This document shows positions 8,426 through 18,325 of a stretch of DNA of 64,000 nucleotides, one piece after another. Origin of the DNA: Candidatus Binatia bacterium (lineage in GTDB: Bacteria; Desulfobacterota; Binatia; Bin18); assembly GCA_963666315.2 (NCBI GenBank), contig CAXXHG010000041.1:27625-91624 (forward strand), read 5' to 3'. The translations under genes were made by a program, and so were the position numbers. The notes beneath the pieces were generated by a model. That model was not told the origin of the DNA, searched no databases, and worked only from the letters and a program-made list of their open reading frames with translations. Position 1 is the first letter of the stretch. Each line of letters opens with the position of its first letter.

Positions 8426-11400
8426 TCACGGACATTGCGACTCGGCGCGTTCTTCTTCCCGCTTGCCCTGTTGCTGCCACAGTCGTGCGAGACTCGTTGC
8501 AGCGCGCAGTTCCCACGATTTGGCGGCTTGCCTCTGCGCAATGGCTATCGCCTGCAGAAAGCAGGCTTCAGTCTCGGCGGCGTTGGAGTGTGACTGCTTG
8601 AGCAACAGCTCTCCCTTGAGGCGATACAGCTCTGCCTCATAGTAACGCTCCTCAGTGCTCTCGACAAAAGCCAACCCCTCGACCACCGCTCCGAGCCCTT
8701 CCTCAACCTGCCTGTCTTGCCCGTAGGCCTCGGCCAATAAGGCAAGAAAATGCGGCCGCAAGAACTCTGCCCCGATAGCCCGCCAGGCAGCCAGATTCTC
8801 GTGGATCTGCTTGAGGCCTTCCGCTGGGTGTCCTTGCTCGGCCAGCGCCCAGCCCCGGAAGATCGTGCCTTCTCCCAAGAAGAACGGAAACCCCCGCTCG
8901 GTGGACAGCGCGATGACCTCCTCCGTCCGGCCCTGGGCAGCCTGCGCCTCCCGGCGCAACTGATGGAGCCGGACAGCAAAGGTCAAGGCAAACGCGAGAC
9001 TAAAGGGGGGAGACAGGTCATGGGCCAGACGCTGGGCCTCGTGGCTTGTCTTTAGGGCCTGGTCCGGATAGCCCAGAAGCCATAAGACCTCGGTCCTATA
9101 GGTGAGACACGCGACCCCAGGGTCAAACGACCCATAGCTGAACGCCAAAGAGTGGTGCTGCTGCGCGTCGTAGAGTGGACTCCCGTGCTCCAGGTGGGGG
9201 CGGGCCGGGGCCAGTTCTCCCAGGTGGGCCAAAGAGAGTCCTACCGCATAATGAGCCTCTACGAGAAGAGCGGAGTCGGACCCGGTTTGAGCCAAGTGCA
9301 GCAGTTGCTCGGCCAGTTCGTGCGCCTCCTTGTGCTCCGCCCGGACGAGATAAAACGCCCACAGCCCCCACAGCACCGGGAAAAGTTCAGGCGTGTCCCC
9401 CACTTGTTCACACAGCTCCCGGGCCCTCAGGTAGATACTCCCCACTTCTGGGGCCGCGTAACTCTGGGTGGCCGTGAGCGACGGGCCCAAGGCCACGTGC
9501 AGCGCGAGTTCGTGCTGCCAGCGCGCTGGACTGTCCGGCTGGGTCTGGAGCAGCTCGAGGGCCGTGGTGAAGTGTCTAATCGCTTCGTCATTCGCCGCCC
9601 GCTGCACGGCCTGGTGACCGGCTAATTCGAGATACTCGACGGCCTTCTCCGTGTTCCCACTGCGGCTATAGTGATGCGCCAGTTCACTGTAGTGATCGAC
9701 CACACTCGTTCGATACAACCCCTCCATCGCCTGGCCCGTCCGCTCATGCAAGGTCTTGCGCTGCTCCTGCAGCACGGTGCCATACGCCACATCTTGGGTC
9801 AGCGCATGCTTGAAGAGATATTCCGATTCGGGGAAGGCGGGTTGTTCATACAGAAACTCTTTCGCTTGCAGAGACGCTAAGATCTGATGCAGCTCGTCCT
9901 CCGTTTGCGGCACCACCGCGTGTACCAGGCTCACGGGAAACTGCCGACCTATCACCGAGAGCTGTTGCAGCAACTCTTTTTCCGCTGCCGTCAGCCGGTC
10001 AATCCGGGCAGCCAATACGCCTTGAACAGTGGGAGAGATATGAAACTCAGTTGGCGCCGTCTCCAACCGATAATGACCTGGCTCACCGCTGAGAGCCCCG
10101 TCTTCCGCCAACGTCTGCACCACCTCTTCCATGAAGAATGGCGTCCCTTCCGTCTTCTCTAAGATGAGCGGCTTGAGCGGCGCCAGACTGGCATCGTTTC
10201 CAAGTAAGAAGGAGAGCAGCTCTTCCGCCTCTTCTTTTCCCAGGGGCGTCAGGCGCAGCTGGGTGTAATACGTCTTCCCACCCCACTCATGTCGATACTC
10301 AGGCCGGTAGTTTGTGAGCAGTAAGAGCTGGGCTGAGGCAATATTTTCACTCAGCGTATTCAGGGCGCCCTCTGTCTCAGTGTCGAGCCAATGCAAGTCC
10401 TCACAGATGAGAATAAGCGGCTGGTTAAGGCTCTCGCGCAAAAACAGTTTCTTGAGCGCTTCAAACGTGCGCTGGCGCCGAATCTGGGCATCCATTTGCT
10501 GCAGGCTCAACTGTTCATCTTCAATGCCAAGCAGAGAAAAGAGATACGGTAGGGTCTCTTCGAGACTGCGGTCTAAGCCTAGGACCTTCCCAATGAGGCG
10601 TTCGCGCCGACTCCGTGCATCGTCCTGAGGCTCGATCTGACAATAATTTTTAAGCAGTTCAATGAGTGGGAGATAGGGCGATGATTTGCCGTGCGAGACG
10701 GCAAACGCTTCCAGCACCAGACAGCCACTTGGTGACGTGAGCTTGAACTCGTGGAACAGTCGAGACTTGCCTAGCCCCGGCTCACCCATCACCCCGACGA
10801 TTTGCCCGTGGCCCGCTTTCGGCTGCGCGAGTGCCTGCTGGATCTGGTCCATCTCGGTATGGCGCCCTACAAAGCGGCTGAGTCCGCGCCGCGCGGACTC
10901 AGCCGCGTCCTCAACGGACCCGCGCCGATGACCTCGTATACGTTGAGCGGTTCTTCGACGCCTTTGATTTCAGCAGCACCGAGCGCCTTCAGGTCAAAAT
11001 ACCCCTCCGTTAACTTCCGGGTGTATTCGCTGATCACAATCGACCCGGGGTTGGCCATCTGTTCCATGCGAGCGGCGAGGTTTGTTGAGTGGCCCACGGG
11101 CACGTAGTCGGTATGCAAGTCGTCTTTGCGAATGGACCGCACCACGACTTCCCCCGTGTTGATGCCTACTCGCATGTGGAGGGGAACACCGTGTTTGAGG
11201 CGGACTTGATCGCTATACCCCCGCATCTCTTCCTGCATCCGCCAACGCCGCATACAATGCCCGTTGCGGATGATCCTCATGCGCTATCGGCGCCCCAAAC
11301 AACGAAAAGATGCCGTCCCCCAACGCCTGCGCCACGTAGCCGTCATACCGATGCACGGCGTCCATCATGAGTTGCAGTGCAGGGTCAATGATGGCTCGTG

Positions 11401-11800
11401 CGTCTTCGGGGTCTAAGCCTTCGATAAGAGCAGTGGAGCCTTTGAGGTCGGCAAACAACGCCGTGATTGTTTTGCGCTCACCGTCTGCTGCGCCACGGGA
11501 TTCCATGGCCGCTTGTTCGGCGCGGATACGCTCGGCCAGGTGGTGTCGCGTGTACGTTGAGGGGGATTGGGGTTGCGGCTCGGGTCTGGACGATACTGGG
11601 GCTGGCTCCCCGTTACCAGTCCAAACGAGGATTTCTCCGCCTTCGTCCGTGGCTACCCGCTCCGCTTTGATCAGCTCATCCTTCAAGACGTCCAGGCGTT
11701 CGTCGTCCAAGTCAAATTCTAACTTGAGCGCGCGATACGTTACCCGCCCCTTCCCCTGGAGCAGTTCCTTCGCTTCTTTGACGATCTCCGAAAATCTCAC
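8426..11800 (-). pseudogene. class III adenylate/guanylate cyclase-AAA ATPase-TPR protein, frameshifted and C-terminally truncated
   Basis: ERKTITALFADLKGST, GDGIFSLFGAP, RVGINTGEVVV, GEPGLGKSRL Walker A and a TPR tail. Split over three frames (shifts near 11245 and 10890); the usual C-terminal helix is lost. Confidence 0.85.
10874..10906. repeat. perfect 16-bp inverted repeat inside the cyclase gene
   Basis: GCGGCTGAGTCCGCGC-C-GCGCGGACTCAGCCGC. Confidence 0.9.
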
Positions 11801-12004
11801 AGACGGGACTCCCCTTACAGACAGACTGAGCCGATAAGAGCAGGAAATGGGCGAGAGGAGAACTCGACGCGCGGTGTCTCGATTCTGTTGACCTTGACCC
11901 TTCGCCACGCCATACTCAGTTCTATACGCAGCCTTGCGGCCCGTCGTCTTTTAAACGGTATGCGCGTTTGGAGTAGATAATCGTCCGGTTATGAGAGGAG
12001 AACG

Positions 12005-12775
12005 ATGACCATGAAACCTGTGTGTTTAGTGATTGGTGCGGGTGCGGGCATTGGAGGACATGTTGGAAAACGCTTTGCGCGTGAAGGCTACCATGCCTGC
12101 CTGTGCCGCCGGACTGATACAGATGGACTCGACACCATCGTGAAAGACATAGAGACCGCAGGCGGTTCAGCAACCGGTTTCATGCTGAATGCGATCGAAG
12201 AGAACAGCATCGAGGATCTCGTTACCACCATCGAGTCCGATATTGGACCGATCGAAGTCGCCGTGTACAACCTGGGCGCGCAGATTGGCGATCGCGCACT
12301 GAAGGAGACGAGTTATAAGGCGTTTGAGGGGGGGTGGCGAATGGCTACCTTTGGCCTGTTTCGACTGGCTTCGACTCTGTGTCCACGCATGGAAGAGCGC
12401 GGTCAGGGAACGCTCCTGGTCACCTCTGCGACCGCAGCCGTCCGGGGCAATGCGGGCCAACACTCTCACGCGGCGGCCATGGGTGGGCGACGCTTATTAT
12501 GCCAATCGCTCAACGCCGAGTTTGGGCCAAAGGGGATCCACGTCGCACACATACTTGTCGATGGGTCCGTGGATGCACCGGATACGCTCGGCAAGATGCT
12601 TGGCCCGGAGAAGTTTCAGGCATTGCGAGAGAGCAAAGGCTTGACGCACGATGGACTCATCCTGCCGGCTGAGATTGCGAACACCTATTTCCATCTTGCT
12701 CAGCAGCATCGCTCAACCTGGACGCACGAAATCGATGTGCGCGCCTATTCTGATCGCCCCTGGTGGAATCATTAA
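12005..12775 (+). CDS. short-chain dehydrogenase/reductase
   Basis: VIGAGAGIG Rossmann motif, YNLGA, GIHVAHILVDG. Confidence 0.88.
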   Translation: MTMKPVCLVIGAGAGIGGHVGKRFAREGYHACLCRRTDTDGLDTIVKDIETAGGSATGFMLNAIEENSIEDLVTTIESDIGPIEVAVYNLGAQIGDRALKETSYKAFEGGWRMATFGLFRLASTLCPRMEERGQGTLLVTSATAAVRGNAGQHSHAAAMGGRRLLCQSLNAEFGPKGIHVAHILVDGSVDAPDTLGKMLGPEKFQALRESKGLTHDGLILPAEIANTYFHLAQQHRSTWTHEIDVRAYSDRPWWNH

Positions 12776-12784
12776 ATCGCAAGA

Positions 12785-13276
12785 TTACAATTGAACGGAC
12801 TTATTCTTATGGCCCGCCCACTTCGGCAGACCATCGGTCATATCCATCACCCGCATCCCATAGAAAATATGACACGTGGGTTTGAAGCTCGGTGGCACCT
12901 GGGGCGGGTGCCCAAAATCAAATAGGGAGGGAAACGCCAGCCACATCGTGCGGCCTTCATCCGCAATCAGCGTTCCACACCCGGCACAACTGACTTTGCA
13001 GGGCAAAATACGCTCACGCTGATCAAGCTCGCTATTGTAGAAACGGAGCTGATCGAGGCCTTGCGTAATGCGAACGTGGCGTTTGTGAAAGATGGCCGCC
13101 CACTGCATGGGCGCGCCGTGCAGCTTCTGGCAGACCACGCAGTGGCAGATTTTCGCGTCCACCGGATCTGCGCTCACTTCGTACTGGACGGCCTGACACT
13201 GACACCTGGCGTGGTATTTTGCCGTAAACGTCTCATCCCCAATCGATGCAAATACTACTCCAAATTCTTTTTGCAT
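12785..13276 (-). CDS. GFA (glutathione-dependent formaldehyde-activating, CENP-V) family protein
   Basis: CQC, CHCVVCQKLHGAP and CAGCGT zinc motifs; PTCHIFY. Confidence 0.85.
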   Translation of the reverse strand: MQKEFGVVFASIGDETFTAKYHARCQCQAVQYEVSADPVDAKICHCVVCQKLHGAPMQWAAIFHKRHVRITQGLDQLRFYNSELDQRERILPCKVSCAGCGTLIADEGRTMWLAFPSLFDFGHPPQVPPSFKPTCHIFYGMRVMDMTDGLPKWAGHKNKSVQL

Positions 13277-13291
13277 AGTGACGCTGCCATC

Positions 13292-13425
13292 TAGAAGGTG
13301 TTTGGAAAAGGGAGAGGTGGTGTCATTGCGAGGAGCCGTAGGCGACGAAGCAATCTCTTTTCCCGCTACGGATTGCTTCGCTTCGCTCGCAATGACGTGT
13401 ACCGCGACTTTCCAAACACCCTCTA
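13292..13425. mobile_element. MITE-like element carrying REP hairpins
   Basis: 17-bp terminal inverted repeats TAGAAGGTGTTTGGAAA / TTTCCAAACACCCTCTA (1 mismatch); internal GTCATTGCGAG...CTCGCAATGAC. Confidence 0.75.
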
Positions 13426-13554
13426 TCAAGTTTTGCACGGGTCGCAGATGCGGTGTGAGAGAGACTTCATCATTCCTCACACTACGTGAGGTTTATACTC
13501 CGTCTTGACTACGTGACACTACCTAACGAAGGCATGCCGCGAAGGCCCATGCGG

Positions 13555-15210
13555 TCAGTCCATGGCGAGGCCCTCGTAGCCACTTTCCTGCACGGCGTCG
13601 CGGATCTGGCGGTAGTCGCCCACCCCGCCGATGTATGACAACAGGCGACGTGGTTTGCCGGCGACATTCGAACCCATATACCAAGAGTGGGTCTTGACGA
13701 CGAGGGTAGCGTTGGCAGTTTCATCGTGGTGCTTCACCCACTCTGCTTCCTTCTCCGCAGTCGGTTCGATGACGGTGTGGCCATGTTCACGTACGTAATG
13801 GATACAGTCGGTGACCCAGTCGACCTGCTGCTGCAGGCAGGTCGTCATGTTGCACAAGGCCGTCGCAGGTGCCAACGGGCCGGCTACGGTGAACAGGTTT
13901 GGGTAGCCGTGCACCTGCAGCCCGAGGGTTGACCGAATGTCCTGCTGCCACTGCTCAGTGAGCGAGCGGCCATCGCGTCCGTAAATATTCATGCGTGACA
14001 GCGACCCGGTGCCGGCATCGAAGCCGGTCGCCAGGATGATCACGTCGAAGTCGTACTCGCCCTCTTGCGTCTTGAGCCCAGCCTCGGTGAAGCACACAAT
14101 CGGAGCAGCGTTGACGTCGACGAGCTCGACATTGTCGCGGTTGTAGGCTTCGAAATACTTGGTTTCCAGCGGCACGCGATGCAAGCCGAAACCGTGAGTT
14201 TTCGGCATCAACTTTTCGGCGATCTTCGGGTCGTTGACACGCGCGCGGATCTTCCCGCGTACGAACTCGGAGATCTCCTCGTTGACGTCCGCTTCAAAGA
14301 ATAACTCCTGGAAACTGCCATGCCAGAAACTGAGAGAGCCGTCCGCCCAGATCTCCTCGAGCGCCTCGGTGCGCTCCTCAGGCGTAAGGTCACGGTACAC
14401 CCGGCGGTCGAAGTCGTGATCGAATCCACCAAACGTATGGTGCACCCGCTTCTTGAGTTCCGGGTACCGGGCGCGGTAGGCGGCGCGGTCGGCATCGGTG
14501 AAGGCCGGGTTACGCATGGGAATCGCGTACTGGGCCGTGCGTTGAAAGACCGTGAGATGGCTGACCTCGCTGGCGATAGTCTGGATCACTTGGATGCCGG
14601 TCGCACCGGTACCGATGACGCCAACGCGCTTCCCTGCCAGCTCCAGGCCGTCCTTCGGCCAGCGGGCGGTGTGGGCGATCTCGCCCTTAAAGTTTTCATG
14701 GCCCGGAAAGGGCGGCACGAGCGGCGCAGACAGCATGCCGGTGCAGCTCACGAAGAACCGAGTGCTGACTGTGTCGCCGCGATCAGTCTTGATGATCCAA
14801 CGCTTACCGGCCTCGTCGTACTCCGCCGCGGTGACGACGGTGTCGAACTGGATGTCCTTGCGCAGATCGCACTTGTCGGCCACGAAATTGAGGTAGCGAT
14901 CGATTTCCGGCTGGGCGGGGAATCGCTGGCTCCAGTCCCATTCGTCCAGAATTTCGTCAGAAAACCAGTACTGATAGATATAGGATGGAGAATCGACACG
15001 TGCGCCGGGATACCGGTTCCAGTACCACGTTCCACCGACGCCGGAGGCCGCTTCGAAGATCCGGACCTTCAGGTCCAGATTGCGCAGACGATAGAGCTGA
15101 TACATGCCAGCTATACCAGCCCCTACGATGATCGCGTCAAAACCGTTCTGGCCTGTGTCGGAGTTCGCGCCAGCGTGTTGAGAAACGACATCACTCATTG
15201 TAATCTCCAT
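13555..15210 (-). CDS. Baeyer-Villiger monooxygenase (cyclohexanone monooxygenase-like)
   Basis: GAGIAG, GGTWYWNRYPGAR, FKGEIAHTARWP fingerprint, GTGATG, ATGFD. Confidence 0.92.
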   Translation of the reverse strand: MEITMSDVVSQHAGANSDTGQNGFDAIIVGAGIAGMYQLYRLRNLDLKVRIFEAASGVGGTWYWNRYPGARVDSPSYIYQYWFSDEILDEWDWSQRFPAQPEIDRYLNFVADKCDLRKDIQFDTVVTAAEYDEAGKRWIIKTDRGDTVSTRFFVSCTGMLSAPLVPPFPGHENFKGEIAHTARWPKDGLELAGKRVGVIGTGATGIQVIQTIASEVSHLTVFQRTAQYAIPMRNPAFTDADRAAYRARYPELKKRVHHTFGGFDHDFDRRVYRDLTPEERTEALEEIWADGSLSFWHGSFQELFFEADVNEEISEFVRGKIRARVNDPKIAEKLMPKTHGFGLHRVPLETKYFEAYNRDNVELVDVNAAPIVCFTEAGLKTQEGEYDFDVIILATGFDAGTGSLSRMNIYGRDGRSLTEQWQQDIRSTLGLQVHGYPNLFTVAGPLAPATALCNMTTCLQQQVDWVTDCIHYVREHGHTVIEPTAEKEAEWVKHHDETANATLVVKTHSWYMGSNVAGKPRRLLSYIGGVGDYRQIRDAVQESGYEGLAMD

Positions 15211-15283
15211 CTTGACAGTACCTGGCTGGGTGCTTGATCCTCGTATCCCCTGGTAAATTCCGGTTGCTCACCTAGCTCGCGAC

Positions 15284-15718
15284 TTAGGCCCGGCGGGCCA
15301 TATGCTCGTCAAATAGGGACTCTTTCCCGCGGACTCTCTTCATTTCTACCATCAGCGGCTCCAGAACCTCGCGATCCCAATAGTCGTGCCAGCGGCAGAT
15401 CTTCCCCTCACTATTAAATTCAAACATGCCCATGCAGGGGAGGTGAATGGTGACGTCGCCTAAAGCCCACGTTTCGAGCCGGACGTTCATGACGATATTC
15501 CCCGAGGACGCGGTGTGCTTGATATCCATTTTTTGCAGCATCCCCGCGTCAATCCATTCGCCTAACATCTCCTGGACACCGGCATGCCCGGTCGACTGCG
15601 ACGTGCCGATATTTTGATAATCCACATCCTCTGACAGATGTTGTACGCTCTTGGCCGGATTAGCCTCTTCTAAAGAATGACAGTAATCCGTTACTTTCTT
15701 TTCGTTCTCAGCGCTCAT
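15284..15718 (-). CDS. limonene-1,2-epoxide hydrolase / SnoaL-like protein
   Basis: LSEDVDYQN, GNIVMNVRLE, GKICRWHDYWD; AGGAGG RBS. Confidence 0.75.
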   Translation of the reverse strand: MSAENEKKVTDYCHSLEEANPAKSVQHLSEDVDYQNIGTSQSTGHAGVQEMLGEWIDAGMLQKMDIKHTASSGNIVMNVRLETWALGDVTIHLPCMGMFEFNSEGKICRWHDYWDREVLEPLMVEMKRVRGKESLFDEHMARRA

Positions 15719-15819
15719 AAGGTCCTCCTGTATTGCCTTTTGCCCTCGTGCCCGGGTGTGACCCATTAAATTCCGGTGAAACTTTCCCCCTCGTTTGTTT
15801 ACTTGCACCCTCGCTGCCG

Positions 15820-16500
15820 CTACAGGCTTTTTCCCGGTACGACCAGTTCATTGGCCCACTGGTCAAGCTCTCGCTTTACGTCATCTAGCGTGTCGCGGCT
15901 GGCAACTAAATTAATCTGGTCGGCCCCGGCATCCCGATACTGTTTGACGGTGTCCAAGGTCACATCTTGCAATGGCGCCGCATGAATTTTGATCTCGTCC
16001 ATCGTTCGACCGTATTCGGCGAGCAGCGGTTTCAGTTTATCGACACCCGCCTGTACCTCGTCGGGCCGGTCTACGCCGTACCAACCGTCGCAATGCTTCG
16101 CCACACGCCGCAACGCCGCGAGGGATTCGCCGCCAGAATAAATCGGCGGATGGGGGTGCTGGATCGGTTTTGGGTACAGGTGACATTCGGGCAGGGTGTA
16201 GAATTCTCCCTTAAACTGGGACGGTCCCTCGGACCACAGGGTTTTCACGATCTCGATATATTCATTGGCACGCGCGCCGCGTCTCTGCCACGGAATCCCA
16301 AGGGCATCGAATTCTTCCCTCAGCCAACCGATCCCAATGCCGAAGTCGAACCGTCCGCCGGAGAGGACATCCAAGTCGGCAACGTGTTTGGCGGTATAAA
16401 CCGGATTGCGCTGGGGTATGAGGCAGATACCCGTGGCTAACCGCAGGGTGGTCGTCGTCGCCGCGATAAAGGAGAGCGCGGTAACCGGCTCTAGAAAATT
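15820..16500 (-). pseudogene. LLM-class F420-dependent oxidoreductase lacking its N-terminus
   Basis: begins abruptly at FLEPVTALSFIAATTTTLRLATG; LSGGRFDFGIGIGWLREEF; PKPIQHPHPPIY. Confidence 0.75.
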
Positions 16501-17378
16501 AACAGCTGGCGAAGAAAAAGGCATTCCTGAACGAAATGACCTGCGTGTTCCAAATAGAGTGGCGGTGGACAACCACGAATGACGCTATGTAGCTCGTCCA
16601 TAACGGGTTTGCCCAAGACAGGGTCTTACAGCCCCACGGCCATGAAACTTTTACCGGTCCATTCCTCCGCCCAGAACTGTCTCGCGCGTTGGCATTCTTC
16701 AACGCCTTGCATCTCCGGCTCCACGGGGACGAGCTGCGGAAAGCGCCGTACGCCGGCCTGATAGCTCGCGTCGGGGAAGGGAGCCGCGTACGCAGCGATG
16801 TCCATCCAGTCGAGTGCGTCCGGACAACTCACACCCATCAGGCCGGAAACAGGAAGGTCGGTGAACTGAGCGGCATAGGCTTTCCATTGGGCAAAACCAT
16901 CGCTGATGGGTTTACCGACAGGCAGACCGGTATTCATAACGATCAGACGCTTGAATCGTTCCGGCATGTCGAGCGGGAAGGTTAGCCCCAATATGCCACC
17001 CCAGTCCTGGCAGACCAGCGTAATATTTCGTAAGTCAAGGTGTTCGATGAGCCGTAGCAGCGAGTTGCGGTGAAACGAAAAGGTGATGTCGTGGTCGTTG
17101 ACGGGTTTATCCGACCTACCAAAACCGAACCAATCAGGTGCAACAATTCGGCCGCCCGCGCTCAGAAAGGGCGGGATCATTTTTCGATACAGGTAACTCC
17201 AAGTTGGCTCACCATGCAGACACAGGTAGACATCCTTCGCTATTGGAGACCCTTCGTCGATGTAGTGCATGCGACAGCCTTCGTATCCCGGCAGTGTTTC
17301 TACGTAGTGCGGGGCGTACGAAAAATTCGGCAAGTTCGCAAAGCGTTCTTCTGGCGTTCGTTTGCATAGAATACTCAT
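16491..17378 (-). pseudogene. haloalkane dehalogenase with internal TAA and lost C-terminal helix
   Basis: RTPEERF, LHGEPTWSYLYRKM, CQDWGG; AVGL*DPVLG (TAA 16626-16628) continuing in frame to AGHFVQE. Confidence 0.85.
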
Positions 17379-17481
17379 AGCGCAGCCTCCCAATGATACG
17401 ACAACGTAGACACAACACCGGTTCTTCTCGATCTTGGGCTCGTCTGTTACTCGCCTGGATGATCTCCCACCGCTCCAGGGT

Positions 17482-17877
17482 TCATCCGTAATTGCCGAAC
17501 GTCTTACGGCCGGGCCAGTCTGTAAAGTCGGCGTAGGTGCGGTCCAGGACGATTTTGCCGTCGCGCATGGTCAACACGGCCACGAATGGGATCGACCAAT
17601 CGTCACCCTTGTCCGGGTCGAGGAGGGTGACTTCAAGAATCACGACATCGCCGCTGACGTGCATGTGTTCGAGCCGCATATAGCGTTTAGGCGCCGCGGC
17701 ATGAATGGCCTGCTCGAGTTGCAGCCAATCCTCAGTGTTGGCAGGCGCGACGGCGCCCATCCCGTACACTGTGCAATCCGGGGTGTAGCATTCGCGCACG
17801 TAGCGATCGATGTCGGTGTTGTACAGCTCGATGTGGCGCTTGGCGTTTTCGATATTGCGTTGTTCCTCTTCCGTCAT
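17482..17877 (-). CDS. SnoaL/NTF2-like protein
   Basis: AGGAG RBS; GDVVILE, VLTMRDGKIVLDRTYAD. Confidence 0.75.
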   Translation of the reverse strand: MTEEEQRNIENAKRHIELYNTDIDRYVRECYTPDCTVYGMGAVAPANTEDWLQLEQAIHAAAPKRYMRLEHMHVSGDVVILEVTLLDPDKGDDWSIPFVAVLTMRDGKIVLDRTYADFTDWPGRKTFGNYG

Positions 17878-17935
17878 GGGATATCTCCTGTGTGGAACAG
17901 ACCTCCTCTCGGTCCTGTTCCGCTGATGCGGCGGG

Positions 17936-18307
17936 TTAATTCCAGCCCGCATTATCAATCATATATTCCCAACTCCCGTCCGCTTGGCGTCGTACCACCT
18001 CCGTCCCATTGCCCGACATCGAAACCGCCTGCCCATCCGGAGTCGTGCCCGACAGCGTCCACGGAGAGTTCAAGAGCGCAATATCGCCGTTCTGCGTCAC
18101 CGTGGCTTCAATCGTGAAATGAAGCTTCTGCGCGAAAAACCCGCGCATAATTTCCCGAATGGCAGCCCTTCCTCTGGCGACCCGGCCCCCCTCCTGCACA
18201 AAGGCGGCGTCCTCCTCGTAGAGCGACACTAAGCCCTCAAGGTCGCCGGTATTAAACGCTTCCATAAAGAGGCGGTCACAATCTTCGGGTTTATGTGCCA
18301 CTGCCAT
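17936..18307 (-). CDS. DUF4440/NTF2-like (ketosteroid isomerase-like) protein
   Basis: AFNTGDLEGLVSLYEEDA, EVVRRQADGSWEYMIDN. Confidence 0.8.
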   Translation of the reverse strand: MAVAHKPEDCDRLFMEAFNTGDLEGLVSLYEEDAAFVQEGGRVARGRAAIREIMRGFFAQKLHFTIEATVTQNGDIALLNSPWTLSGTTPDGQAVSMSGNGTEVVRRQADGSWEYMIDNAGWN

Positions 18308-18325
18308 CGGACACCACCGTTCGTG

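Noticed and set aside
13277-13480. N-terminal extension of the GFA ORF
   Set aside because: Translation of the MITE/REP element
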